NCBI RefSeq assembly: GCF_006345805.1
Contig: NC_042998.1
Location: 113,398,001 to 113,462,000, forward strand
Length of the DNA: 64,000 nt
Direction: 5' to 3'
Origin: Octopus sinensis
Taxonomy: Eukaryota
Within the stretch, counting starts at the first letter, position 1; each line of letters starts with the position of its first letter. Made by a program: the position numbers and the translations under genes. Of the stretch, positions 1 through 11,810 are shown piece after piece. The notes beneath the pieces are model-generated. The model was given only the letters and a program-made list of their open reading frames with translations, was not told the DNA's origin and searched no databases.

Positions 1-1164
1 AAAGATTTTGCTATTTCTAGCAAAGTCAGTAATAACATTAGCTTGAAAAGAAAATGTTTCAACTTTTAATTATACATCATGAATTGATAGGATTGTTTTT
101 TCAGAGTTGTTGAAACTGATTGAATAAACCTACAATTAAAAGCACCCAGGGGACTATTTTAGCCATTGGCTTTTCAAGTTAATGTGTTGCTCCCTTATAA
201 GTTCATGGAATGTAATGAAGATCTGGAATTTATTATTTTTTTGCAGGCTGGGCAACCACACAAAAACTTCCTCAACACAGCAACTGTTCTGGATTTCTTT
301 ACAACAGCAGACTTCAATTTTCAACTAGATAAACTGTAATTTAAAAAAACATTATGACTATTCAAATCCATGAACGCAATAACTTTTGAAATATATTTCT
401 CAGAAGAGGATTAATCAAGTGATAGGATCCATTTTCTGGTCCATGGGTGTCTTTTGTAGAATTCATTGTTGCAAGCTACCAGGATACACTATATTGGAGG
501 CCTTTGAAAAAGATCATAAGCACTGTCCTTCCATTAGCCACTAAAAGGAAGTATAAATAATTAGTTTTTTTAATGGTAAGGTTTCAAACTCTTCTTAGCC
601 CATCTAATTGCAATGTAATTACGACAGCACCAACATCATAAAATTCCTTAATTCAATATGTTCATGTTAATCTGTTACATATTTTAACCTCGTAAATTAC
701 ATCTATGTCCAATTAGATGTTAGCCTACTTACTAAAATTTTTACTCAGTTTCATAGTTTAACTTTAGTGCAAGGAAGGGGGGTATTAAATGTAAAAATGT
801 CTAAAATAAAGATATAACAATTAAATATTTAAATGTGTATTTTTTCTTTTGTCAAAACATATCAATCATAATTTCCTTATATCAATTGAATTATTTGCGC
901 TTGTATTGCCATAGAATGAGACCAGTAGCCTGATCAGTCCTAGACAAAAGTAGGAACGATACAACTTCTGTTGGATCATGAATACTGAACAAATGAAGAT
1001 GGATAAAAAAAAAAAAAGACAATACACCATGTAAAACTGAAACAATGTTACCAAAAGTGCATTGATAGAAGTTTCGGTACTGAAAGGATACCCAAAATTA
1101 AATGAAACACACAGACTGTTTTATAGGAAGAGTTAACTAAAGGACAATATTGTAAGCATTCTTA

Positions 1165-1170
1165 TTTATT
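1165..1170 (-). terminator. candidate polyadenylation signal AATAAA of WDR18
   Basis: TTTATT on + strand, 3 nt past the TGA stop at 1174-1176. Confidence 0.35.
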
Positions 1171-1173
1171 TGA

Positions 1174-2517
1174 TCAGGTTTCAGATAGCTTTAATATAGA
1201 GAATTCAAAGAGTTTGTTATTGACTTTCTTAACTTGTTTCAATTCATCTTTCAGTTTCTTAATCAGTTCAGTTTTCTCATATTCGTTCATATCACTGTGT
1301 CCTTCTTCATAAGGAATATCCAAACTTGTTCCGGTATTCTTTACGGCTCTATTGTATGCAACAATTACATCACCGTTTTCTTCGGTGTAAGGTTCAAATA
1401 TACAAGATTGTGGTTGATTTTTCAAGAGGACAGTCCCAACAGTTTCACCTTCTTCGTCGACAGACTGAAGGTTTCGTTTCAGCTGGCCAAGTAGCCGCGT
1501 CGGTTTGTAGTTAGGGTTTAACATAGCTGGTGTGACAGGGCTAATCAAAACGTTGGTGACAGCACCTTTGTGAGGTAAGGTTCGTATACACTGGCCACTG
1601 CTGATATCCCAAATTTTAACGTTGCAGTCATCGGAACCCGAAATTAATTTGTCGCCCTCTTTTGACATTGCCAAACATGTAACTTGCTGATCGTGTCCAT
1701 TAAAAGCAGTAACTCGTTTTATCATAGCTGTATCACTCGCTACATGTCTCTGTCGGCTATTTGTGTTTTCAAAGAGATCCACCGTATAGATATGTCCATT
1801 TTTAGCTCCTGCGAATAAACAACTATCTGCTGCATCCATGACAACTGACGTTATTCCCACTGGGAAGACGAAATCACATAACAACTGACCCGAACATAAA
1901 TCCCACATCTTGCATGTTTGGTCAAGGGAAGCTGTTACGATTCGCGATCGAAGTCCTCCAGCACCAACGTGTATGTCAGTAATTGCCAATGAATGGTCTT
2001 TCCATGTAAATAGAGGCTCAGGTTTCAAACAGGCATCTTTCCAAATGCGTACGACATCAGTTAATGACCAAACCACTACTAAATTATCTTCGCCTCCACT
2101 AACAAATGTGATATTATCAACAAACTTGACACATGTAATATTTTGATAGTGTTTTTGAACAATGGCTAATAGATCACCAGAACTGACCTGCCAAACATAG
2201 ATCTTTTCTTCGATTCCAGCCACGCAGAAGCAACCATCCGGTGAAACAGCAAGGGAAGATATTTTTTTTGGAAATACAACTTTGCTCTGCATCTGTTCCC
2301 GCCTTTGTAATGTCCACACGTGTAACACAGACCGTGCGTTATTAGCAGCTAAAAGATATTCGCCAGCAATCAAAGCCAAGCCTCTAGAGGTTGTACTACC
2401 TCCCTTGTAGTAAGACAAACTGGTTCCTGAATGGAAATCCCACATACAAACATTCCAATGTTCTCCTGAAGTGTCTGTTGTAAACAGAACCTCATTACTT
2501 TTCTTTGTCGTCGCCAT
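1174..2517 (-). CDS. WDR18: WD repeat-containing protein 18 (Ipi3 ortholog, PELP1-TEX10-WDR18/rixosome subunit), single coding exon, 447 aa
   Basis: Uninterrupted ORF with WD40 repeats (SLDQTCKMWD, GHDQQVTCLAM..SGSDDCNVKIWD), the HKGAVTN motif and a C-terminal coiled coil. The N-terminus (VWDFHSGTSLSYYKGG) is WDR18-like. The second ATG (2517, context AAAATGG) is preferred over the ORF-track start at 2535. Confidence 0.92.
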   Translation of the reverse strand: MATTKKSNEVLFTTDTSGEHWNVCMWDFHSGTSLSYYKGGSTTSRGLALIAGEYLLAANNARSVLHVWTLQRREQMQSKVVFPKKISSLAVSPDGCFCVAGIEEKIYVWQVSSGDLLAIVQKHYQNITCVKFVDNITFVSGGEDNLVVVWSLTDVVRIWKDACLKPEPLFTWKDHSLAITDIHVGAGGLRSRIVTASLDQTCKMWDLCSGQLLCDFVFPVGITSVVMDAADSCLFAGAKNGHIYTVDLFENTNSRQRHVASDTAMIKRVTAFNGHDQQVTCLAMSKEGDKLISGSDDCNVKIWDISSGQCIRTLPHKGAVTNVLISPVTPAMLNPNYKPTRLLGQLKRNLQSVDEEGETVGTVLLKNQPQSCIFEPYTEENGDVIVAYNRAVKNTGTSLDIPYEEGHSDMNEYEKTELIKKLKDELKQVKKVNNKLFEFSILKLSET

Positions 2518-2644
2518 TTTCAAATAATAATGCAATGTTACATTAGTTATCTCCCTTAGCTACTTTACGGAAAATACCGAAGTTAACTCGGGATTTTAAT
2601 CCAATATAGAGTATTGCCGGCGGAACCTATACAAGGTCGTTCGA

Positions 2645-2800
2645 CTCAGCAGAAATAACAGTCAAATCTCTCTCAAACCACACTTTACTTTCTTAAAAAA
2701 GGAACAACATATTGGGCAATATGTTCTGAATAAAAGATGTAAGAGTTACTGCTGGAACACTTGATGAGAGTAAGGGCTGACTGGTGCGGGGTGGTGGTAA
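2645..2800 (+). mobile_element. copy of abundant short (AAC)n-tailed interspersed repeat, in the WDR18 upstream region
   Basis: GCAGAAATAACAGTCAAATCTCTCTCAAACCACAC...GGGCTGACTGG..GTAAACAACAAG matches the family seen many times in the window. Confidence 0.6.
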
Positions 2801-4029
2801 ACAACAAGTATTTTATTCCTCAGTGATATACAACTTTTAGTTTTTATTTTTGTTTAATTAGACAGAAATCATAAATTTTAACAAATTTAATATTGTTTAC
2901 ATTTATCTTTAACACTAATTATTAGAAATTTATAAAGAACCGGCAAAGTCCCAATTAGTCTTTAAATGATGCAAGCATTCGGTAATGGGCTCACTCATCT
3001 CGTAGAATGACCAGTTTTGCATCTTTTTCCTTAAAGTTTTAGCAATTAAGCACCTTCCTTTCATCCTAATTTATGGATTTAAAAAAATAATTTATTACTA
3101 AAACTTAAAATGTTCAGTGATATGAAAGTATAGAGTAACTTAGGTGGGAGGGTGATGTTTAGTTGTGGTTATAATAGTCACTGTTAGCAAAGTGTATAAT
3201 TTTTTTGTCTATATAAAAATCTGCATACATTGGAACCCATGGTTGACAATATATTCCAAGCTGTTGTTCTCTGTTTATAGAAGTTTCATTATTAACTATT
3301 CTGTGATTAGAATGAAATAACATTTTAAAATCTGAAGGTAAGTGTGATAAGTGAAATGAAATGAACCCGAGGGTATGCTTGTGGAAATGCCAAAACAAAA
3401 AATTTAAAACGTTTCAAGAACAGCATTAAAAATAAAATCTTATGCGCACATACACACATTACGAAATCCTGGCTATAATTACAGCAATGAATTCATGTGA
3501 TGTGTTGTTGGAGGGAGAGAACGGGAGAACAGCAGAAAAGACTGCTATAGTTTGTTTCGTGAAATCGAGAATAGATGAGTCATACTTCCCCACAAACCCT
3601 GAAACACGTATCTGGTATTTAGTATCTACTAAACCCTAAGTTGGAGACATGGAACCTAAGCATTTATGCATTCATATAAGTGAACAAGGTCTTCGTCATT
3701 AAATTTATTTTCTTTAAATTTTCCTTAAATTAGGATGTCTTTTCTATGGTGTGTGTGTGTGTTTGCCAAAATTTATGGGGAAGTCGATTATTAGATTAAA
3801 ATAACTAAAGTAAATATGCAAATGACAGAATCCATGGCGTAAAGTTGCAGTAGGGATTTGAAACCTAACTGCTAGATCATGAGTGAACCACCACAGTTTC
3901 ATGTGATCAGTCTATAAGTTGACTAATCAGTGTGAGACTGTGGTGTGATAAGGTTTTCTCAAATGTTCTAAAATTTGACTTCTTGTCACCAATAAAAATT
4001 GTTTTTGGCTCTCAATCTTAGTGTTGAAA

Positions 4030-5150
4030 GCAGCTGATTCGCTCATGCCTCTATCCACTCTTGCCATGCAGATGACCAATGACACCACAAGTGGCCTCAG
4101 AGGTTTGTGCAGATGACTGTATTCTTGGACTGACCGCTTTCTATATTTTTAGAACAGTTTTTCTCTCCTTTCATTTGGTAATTATTGATATTCATTGTAA
4201 TTCGCCAACGTGAAATGTTTTTATGTCTAGCAATAAATATTACAGCTAAATGTTTATGAGTTTGTTTCAGTTATTTTTCACGCAGCCAACATGTCTTCAT
4301 TGACTGGCTCAACTTTTTCCATTCTGAGATTTCAGACAATTAAAATAGTTATTCCCTCTCCATCTGCAACTTTTAGAGATAACATATCTCTCTTTCTCTC
4401 TGCCACTAGTAGACAACTAACATGTTGCAATGGCAAACCTCATGGTAGCCTTATACCATTACCTTTCTCCTTTCACACAGTAGTAAATCCCTACCAGAGG
4501 TTCTCTATTAACTAATATTTGTATTTCTAAATCGTAGCAGTTCTGATAAACTTTGTAATTGTTGAATAATATCTATAATGAGTATAAATTATCTTGCATC
4601 AGTATCTCTCAATTATGCAACATGCAGCCTTTTCTCAGCCAGCCTCTTCTCTATGCCACAATCTACTGGTTACAATTGGTGACCTCTAACATGTTACATC
4701 ATAACCATTACAAGTGGAGATCTCTACTAATTGCATTCAACTGTTACCTTACATCCATACATTCTTGTGAATTAGGTCATCAGCATACATGAGTTCCCAC
4801 TAACAGCCTGTCTATAACTCCTCTGTTATGGTTTGGAGAACAATAATTATCAAAAGGGAGCTAAAAATTAAGCTCCGATGGACATCTACCTGCACACTAT
4901 ATACCTTGTTGAACTCATTGCCAGTTATCTTTTTGCTGACATTATCTTTGTATATAACTTGCATGGCTCTTAGAAACCAATTGTCTTCATCTGGTTTTCT
5001 TAGTGATTGCAAGAGTACAGAGTGCTGTGGCCCTATCAAAGGCCATCATGTGGATAAATGCTCAGTATAGTGGCTTGCATTTAGCTAAAAATTCACCTGG
5101 AAATCTGGCAGAATTCAAAAATCTTCATATCCACAAAACACTCTCTAAAG
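4030..5150 (-). mobile_element. old degenerate RTE-clade LINE reverse-transcriptase relic
   Basis: Minus ORF 4812-5039 (NWFLRAMQVIYKDNVSK...SSLLIIIVLQTITEEL) aligns by eye to the RT at 25554-26771 (EWLVRAVQAMYRDAASK...SPLLFIIVLQAITEEF). YADDL codons lie at about 4772-4787. Many stops. Confidence 0.75.
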
Positions 5151-5913
5151 GGGACTCTCCACTCTTGCACCAATTTATATTATTGGCACACATTATGGAA
5201 ACCAGTACCACTAATTATCTAACTGGATACTTAAATTATTTATTATTGGTTGAAATGTGCTGATTCACATCATTCTCACTCTAACTGTTCAGGTAAATTT
5301 TTTTGATGAAAAGTTCTACTTTCACTGTTTTAAGACAAAATTCCAAACCTTATCAAAGAATTTGAACTGCCACTAGCATTCCACACATATTACAACTGAA
5401 AGAAGTTGTGGTATATTTTGTTTGCAAACTGTATTCTAATGAATCTTGCATGGATGATTCCAATGTTGAACTTCTGAGAATGAAAATGTTTTGTTACAAA
5501 ATCAGGAATGTGCTGAGTATACCTCAATCACTGATGTCTATGAAGAGCATTTCAAAAGAATTGTTATTCAAGCAAGTATTAAAATTTGAGAGTGAATGAC
5601 ACATGTGGAAGGCCTCTGGAGGAAAAGAGAAGAAATTAATTCCAGTTTGAATGATACTACCACTAGCAAAAGATGTCAATCTTGAAATAAAATGCTCCTG
5701 TTCAAACATGTCCACTGTGCAAGTGTAACAATGTAAAATTGAGATGTGCATCATTTAACATCTTGTGCAAGTGGAAATATATAGAGGAATGACAATTTCT
5801 AAGTCAACAGGCATTAATTAATATTTGTATGCTAATCACAAATATTAAAACACTTTCTACAAATTAATATTGCTTTTCTTCAAATTTGGGCTGTTTGGAA
5901 TCTGATTTGAAGG

Positions 5914-6771
5914 TGTGGCCTTTATATTCCTCTCTCTCTGTTATATATACATAAATACGGACGTAATAAATAACAGCTAGCCTTTGGCCGCCCTTTTTGA
6001 ACCCTGTTGTGTCCACTACTCTGATTGGTTGGTATTGGTGCAACTTGTCTCTTGCTCTATTGCGTGCCAATATGCAACCCAACCAATCGCAGCCTTCTGA
6101 TAAGGTCACGTGAGACAGTCTCTTCTAAACCTCCAGTGAGCCGACTGCACCCTATAAAACTCTAGCTTCACATCAAGTTGAGGTCTTTCGGTTCCAGACC
6201 TTTTAGGTCTAGCCACTGACCACACAAGATACAGCCAGCTCCAGGAACAACACAACAGTCACTAACTTTGTCCAACAGCATTCAGTGACCCCCTATCTCT
6301 GTCGCCACCATTTGTCCTAACATCAACATCATCTCTACGTACACAGCAACCAGCAACACTCGCACAGGTTCCAACACAACACTTCGTGATTTACTTCACC
6401 ATGGTTAACAGCAAATACAACCTCCTGTAACAAGTGACTGGCAGCAGCATTATAGCCATGATTTCACGTACAACATGTACCTCGACAAGCTCTACATTAC
6501 TGCCACAACTTCTTGCTACAGCATTTCAACTATTGTGTGCTTTGACTATGAACTGGTATTTATCATCCTTGTGTTTGAATATTATTCTAACACCATATTA
6601 TAGACTCTTTCAAAGCTCTGTACTTATCACACACATCCATCTTTGTACACACTTTGTTCTCATGACGGCCTGTCTATTATTATGCATATATGACGCACAC
6701 GCGTTAACATATAAATAAAATCTTCTCTTAAACATTCCATCCGGTTGTGTCTCTCTTTTCCTTCTGGCACA
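5914..6771 (+). mobile_element. putative solo LTR or LTR-like promoter cassette
   Basis: Starts TGTGGCC and ends GGCACA. Contains four CCAAT/ATTGG boxes (6024-6087), CACGTG (6107), TATAAAA (6153) and AATAAA (6714). CpG-richer than its flanks. No TSD found. Confidence 0.4.
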
Positions 6772-7949
6772 TATACGTATTTATTCTTTTCATATTTATT
6801 GTATCGGTCGTGTGATGTGCAAAGGAGCCATTCTCATCACATGGTCATTTACAAATTTGAAATGATTGATGGCTAGGACATTCCACTAAGAATTATTTGA
6901 TGTACCCACCTGGGCCCAATATGCTTTGATACCACTAATTTGCCCCTGGGCCCAATACACTTTGACCATTGAACCAAATCTCCCTCAAATTATACTCATC
7001 TTAGAAAAGAAGGTAACATTTGATAATTTAGTACCAAGGGCATTGTTTATGCAGAACAGACAAGGTGGTCAGTACTGGAATGTCTTTGACTGTAGGCCAC
7101 CTCAGTCAGGACTGATATAGGGCTAAACAGAACAACTATTTATCTATCTACCTAGGTTCTGTAATATGTACAAACATTCATTTGTGAACCTGAATTTCTC
7201 TATTTCTGCCTCTACATTTTCACTTAACCCTTAATCAGATGCAACAATTATCTCAGTAATCTTAATCTATGAATTGAGAAACTATTAAAGACTGTCAACA
7301 TATTTTTATCCATCATCCAGTTTAACATTACTGGTTCTTATGTAATTTTTATGGCATTCATGCTGTTGCATGTATATAAACCAGATGTTTTTTTTAGAAC
7401 CGAAGATAAAAAAAACTCAATTTGCTGTTTCCTACTGCAGTAATGTCATTGCTTTCTCCTTCATTTCCCCATACAAGTCACACAGATTCTTGCAAAAGTC
7501 ATAGACAGTGTCATTCTTTCTCTCAATATACCAAACAAATTAAGATTTCATACACCTATAATTCTTAACCTGGTGAAAAATTTCAGGATTCTATGGAGAC
7601 ATTTCAGTGGGGAAATTGATTTTAGGATGAAAAATTCATCATTGTTATTTGCTAGATTTATTTCCCTTAAAGTTGATTCTAATGTTAGGAGTCATGCAAT
7701 AAATTGTACTGTAGTACATGAGACAACTTTTTTCTTGTCATATGTAAACTGCAGGAGTGGGTGGGTTTGTAGGATTAGGATGGTGAATTGTTAAATGAAG
7801 AAGACATAAAAGAAAAAAATCCCCCCCAAAATGTGACTCAGTATTATCTTTGGTATGAAGTGCTATTTTATATTTAAAGAAAATGAGTATGTAGGTGTTG
7901 GGCATCTGATGATGATATACAGACATAGCATTTATAGACACATAACATC

Positions 7950-8128
7950 TGTGCCAGTGACATGTAAAAAGCACCCACTTCACTCTCAGAGTGGTTGGCA
8001 TCAGGAAGGGCATCCAGCTGTAGAAACCAAGCCAAAATCAGACTGGAACCTGGTGCAACTCTGACTTACCAGTTCCAGTCAAATCTTCTAACCCATGGAA
8101 AGTAGATGTTAAAAGATAATGATGATGA
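7950..8128 (+). mobile_element. RTE-family 3' tail fragment with (GAT)n end
   Basis: GAGTGGTTGGCATCAGGAAGGGCATCCAGCTGTAGAAAC...GTTAAAAGATAATGATGATG matches the termini of the LINEs at 28880-29050 and 32620-32800. Confidence 0.8.
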
Positions 8129-8658
8129 GTTCTGACTCTTATAAAGTGATCAGCACTAGTAACTTTGTATTCATTCTATTATTTGCAGAAAGGATAGGGT
8201 GGGGGACAGAAATTTATTTAAAATAGAGAACTTGAAAGATCTCTTAGTGGATAGTGGATAGTTGATGTTTGGGCAGATCTATGATTAAAGCTGTTCCATT
8301 CAAGACCATTCCTTCTGTTTAAGGTCATTTTGGACTGCATTATTCAATGTTCTTGTTTAGATTCTGGTTAGCCTTAATCTAGGAAAACTATGATAAAAGG
8401 ATTTCTAGCCAAAACTATCCTGTCTTTTGAAAATTTGTGACAACATTATCCCATATTTCCTTCTTTCTTTAAAACAGTAAGGTGTGGTTTAAGGGAAACT
8501 TGGGTGTTATTTCTAGCAGGTTGAAAAACTATGTAGGGACTCATTCCTTGTCACATTACAATTGTAGAGAATTAGGCCAATATTTTGACCTTAGTTTAAA
8601 GTCAAGAATTCCTATCATTGCGGAAAAAAAAGTCACTTGATTAACAGAATCATTAGAG

Positions 8659-8875
8659 CAGTGTTTTCCAACCTCTTTTGTCCTATGCCTCACTTTGATT
8701 TAAAAAAAGCAAAACAAGAGAGTGCTCCTCCATGAACAAAGCGTGTGTGTGTGTGTATATATAAAAAGTTTTAATTAGAATTTTATTGCAAGTTTAATCA
8801 CTTGTTACTTACAACCAATTCTCTAGTTACCCATAACCACCATAATATTGTCATACCTTACCTTGAGAAACACTG
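8659..8875. mobile_element. hAT-like MITE (degenerate)
   Basis: Imperfect TIRs CAGTGTTTTCCAA / TTGAGAAACACTG; 8-bp TSD not preserved. Confidence 0.4.
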
Positions 8876-9455
8876 CTGGCATTTTTGTTCTGATACTGTT
8901 ACAGTATCAGACAAAATGCCTGCAGTATTTATCAAATCTCACCAATGCTGACTGTTTTTCAGCCTTCTCTAACCTATAACAACAAAAAGGCTTCAAAGGA
9001 CTGGAAGAAAGTGGGTAGCAGAGAACAATAGAACATACCTGAAAGAGAAGCTAGACATCAAATATACCTTGTAAGGGAAAAAGCAAAAAACAGTGGTTAA
9101 TGCATAAAAAGAGACAAGAAAGGATGCCCTTCAGACTAGTTGAAGACAAGACAGCCTCTCAAGTGTTGGTTCCACAATAAAACTCTCTTATTATACTCTG
9201 TAAAGTGGTTTGTAAACTTCTGTTAACATCCAGTCATAGAAATCATAATGGAATGTAGGAGTGAGAAAATGGTTTTCTTACTTGTCTAGCTGGGCAGGAA
9301 TTTTGAACAAAGATCATTTGAAAGGGGAGTGGTCATTGGAGGAGGTGATCTTGTATCAGATGAAGAAAGGTAAAATTTTGAACAAGAAATCACTCATACC
9401 AGCAAAGGAGCTGGCTGTAAATGATGATGATAATGCTATATATGTATGCTTTGAA

Positions 9456-9645
9456 GGCGGCGAGCTGGCAGAGACGTTAGCACGCTGAGTTCAAATTCCG
9501 CTGAGGTCGACTTTGCCTTTCATCCTTTCGGGGTCGATAAATTAAGTACCAGTTATGCACTGGGGTCGATGTAATCGACTTAATCCGTTTGTCTGTCCTT
9601 GTTTGTCCTCCCTGTGTTTAGCCCTTTGTGGGTAGTAAAGAAATA
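9456..9645 (+). mobile_element. tRNA-derived SINE, family A (internally deleted head)
   Basis: A-box-like TGGCAGAG, B-box GAGTTCAAATTCC and central GTCGACTTTGCCTTTCATCCTTTCGGGGTCGATAAATTAAGTACCAG; CpGs retained, so young. Confidence 0.85.
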
Positions 9646-10085
9646 GTTATATATGTATATGCTTGTGTAGGTTTCTGAATTTGATACACTGTTTTAGATT
9701 TTATATTGGTTGTAAAAAATGAGATTCAGTGACAATAATACATCAATTATAAAAGTGAAATAAGTTATAAGTAAACACCAAAAAGAGTTAGTTCAGGTTT
9801 TGAAGATCACAGGTTTACTCCATTAGGGCTGACCAGGGTTAAGCAACAATTAGCATTCTACCCATCCACTGCACACTAGCTCCATAAGTCAGAGGTCAAC
9901 ACTAACTTGATAAGCCAGTTTCTTTTAAACTTAAAGATATATGCTATAATAATTTATCTTGGTGATTTATGAAAGGGGATTATTTCACAGGGGTTTTGTA
10001 TTGCTGGAATTAATTAACCAAAACTATTGAATTATTACTCTTTAACTCTTTTCTCTGTACCAGTTCAAATCATTTCAAAAATTTT

Positions 10086-10091
10086 TTTATT
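10086..10091 (-). terminator. candidate polyadenylation signal of SAMD8
   Basis: AATAAA on minus strand about 140 nt past the TAG stop; AT-rich context makes a chance match possible. Confidence 0.3.
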
Positions 10092-10227
10092 TGAAAAATA
10101 ATTTTTAACTGAATGAAAATTTAAAAAACATATCACAAACAATAAAAATAAAAGAGAAATTCAAATCAAATGAAAATGTTAAATAAAATTTAATTAAAAA
10201 AATTTTTAAAGCATTTTTGTATATATA

Positions 10228-10544
10228 CTATTTTTTAAAATTTTCCCTGAGAAATTTTGGCCAACTCAGAGGCCATTCATATTCATTTGGTACAATACCA
10301 TCACATTTGGATTCAAAAAATGAGAAGAGTGGAAACCAAATTTTCGTTCTTTTGGAGTCTCTTTGCATTAAAGCACGGTTGTTGGCTAATGTGTGATAGT
10401 AGAGAAAGAGACGGGTAGTGATGTAAAAAGCAATAAAGACATCAATTGAATAGTGTTCATGGGCTGCAAGGATGAAAAAGATGCCGAAAAGATTCAAGAC
10501 CCAGGTGATAGTATGGATGTAGTAAAACCGCTGCCGGGATGTAT
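10228..10544 (-). CDS. SAMD8: SAMD8/SMSr last coding exon (catalytic HEHYSID, C-terminus)
   Basis: Acceptor tttattacAG, phase 1 (T|AT=Tyr). Encodes [54 protein letters not shown]...WFPLFSFFE...PNEYEWP, then TAG at 10228-10230. Confidence 0.95.
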
Positions 10545-10775
10545 CTGTAATAAACAAAGAACAACAACATTATTATCACATGAAAGTGGTGTGGGAAACA
10601 GTCTTCTGAACAGGTTTTTCAACAAGGATGAGGCAAGTAAATATATATTTTGACAGCCTGTAGACACGATACACTTTCTGTCCTTTTCCACCTCACTATC
10701 TAACAGGAAAATATAGAGAGGGAGAGACTGAGTGGTGTGATGTGTATGTTTGCTAGTATACTTTTTTTATTATCT

Positions 10776-11250
10776 CATCATCATCATTTAATGTTTGTCG
10801 TCCATGCTGGTATGGGTTGGACTGTTTGATCAGGGCTGGCAAGCTGAGTCACTGTACCAGACTCCAGTCTGATTTGGCATGGTTTCTACAGCTGAATGCT
10901 CTTCCTAATGCCAACCACTCAGAGTGTAATGGGTGCTTTTACATGCCACCAGTGTTTACCACAACTGTGAATTTACTTGGCTTGATAGGTCTTCTTCTCA
11001 AGCACAACATAATGCCAAAGGTCTTGGTCATTCATCATTGCCTCCATAAAGCCCAACACTTGAAAGGAGCTTTTCATGTGCTACCAGCATCAGCCACTTT
11101 GCCTCTATGAGCTCCAATGCTTGAAAGGTGCTTTTTATGTGCCACCGACATGGGTGCCAGTTATGTGACACCGGCATCAGCTATGACTATGATTTCACTT
11201 GACTTGACAGGTCTCCTCAAGCAATATGATTTCACTTGGCTTGATGGATC
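10776..11250 (-). mobile_element. RTE-family 3' UTR/tail fragment
   Basis: (CAT)n on + strand followed by the reverse complement of the tail and GTGCC/GGCAC 3'-UTR subrepeats. Confidence 0.75.
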
Positions 11251-11445
11251 TTCTCAAGCATGTATTTTTTTATATCCTTTGAATATAATTTTATTTGGTA
11301 TGGAGTACCTAACCACATCTGGTGACACAGTAGTATACTATGTTGCAATGTACCATTTGGAGATCACTGGTGTAAGACATTAACAAATTATGCTGAATTA
11401 GGGAAAATAAATAACAGAATTTAAAGTCCCTCTTACCATGTCATT

Positions 11446-11810
11446 ACCATCATCATTTAATGTCTACCTTCCATGATGGCATGGATTGGATGGTTGGATG
11501 CCCTTCCTAACATTAACCACCCTGCAGAGTGGGATGAGTGCTTTTTATGTGGTACAAGCACAGGTGAGGTCAGTTTTGGAATGGTTTTTACAGCTGGATG
11601 CCCCTCTAAATGCCAACCACTTTACAGTGTGGACTGAATACTTTTTACATGGCACCAGCACTGGGAGGGTCACCAAGTAACTTGCAAGACAAAGATCATT
11701 TGAAAGGGGAGTAGTCATTGGAGGAGGTGATCTTGTATCAGATAAAGAAAGGTAAAAGTGTGACAGAGAAGTAGAAACAGGTGTCTTGCTGTAGTGGAGG
11801 TACTCTTTTA
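11446..11810 (-). mobile_element. RTE-type tail joined to a non-RTE body module
   Basis: Tail reverse complement plus module CAAGACAAAGATCATTTGAAAGGGGAGTAGTCATTGGAGGAGGTGATCTTGTATCAGA, also seen at 9308-9365 and inverted at about 35650-35720. Confidence 0.7.

Noticed and set aside
247-340. Possible + strand terminal exon after a tttttttgcAG acceptor
   Set aside because: All three frames give short peptides I do not recognise; the upstream context is outside the window.
2518-2535. ORF-track start MHYYLK for WDR18
   Set aside because: The downstream ATG at 2517 has a better context and fits the expected N-terminus.
9456-9520. tRNA genes at A/B-box-like sequences (also 46800-46873, 48270-48330, 56631-56720)
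   Set aside because: They cannot form a cloverleaf and are followed by SINE bodies.
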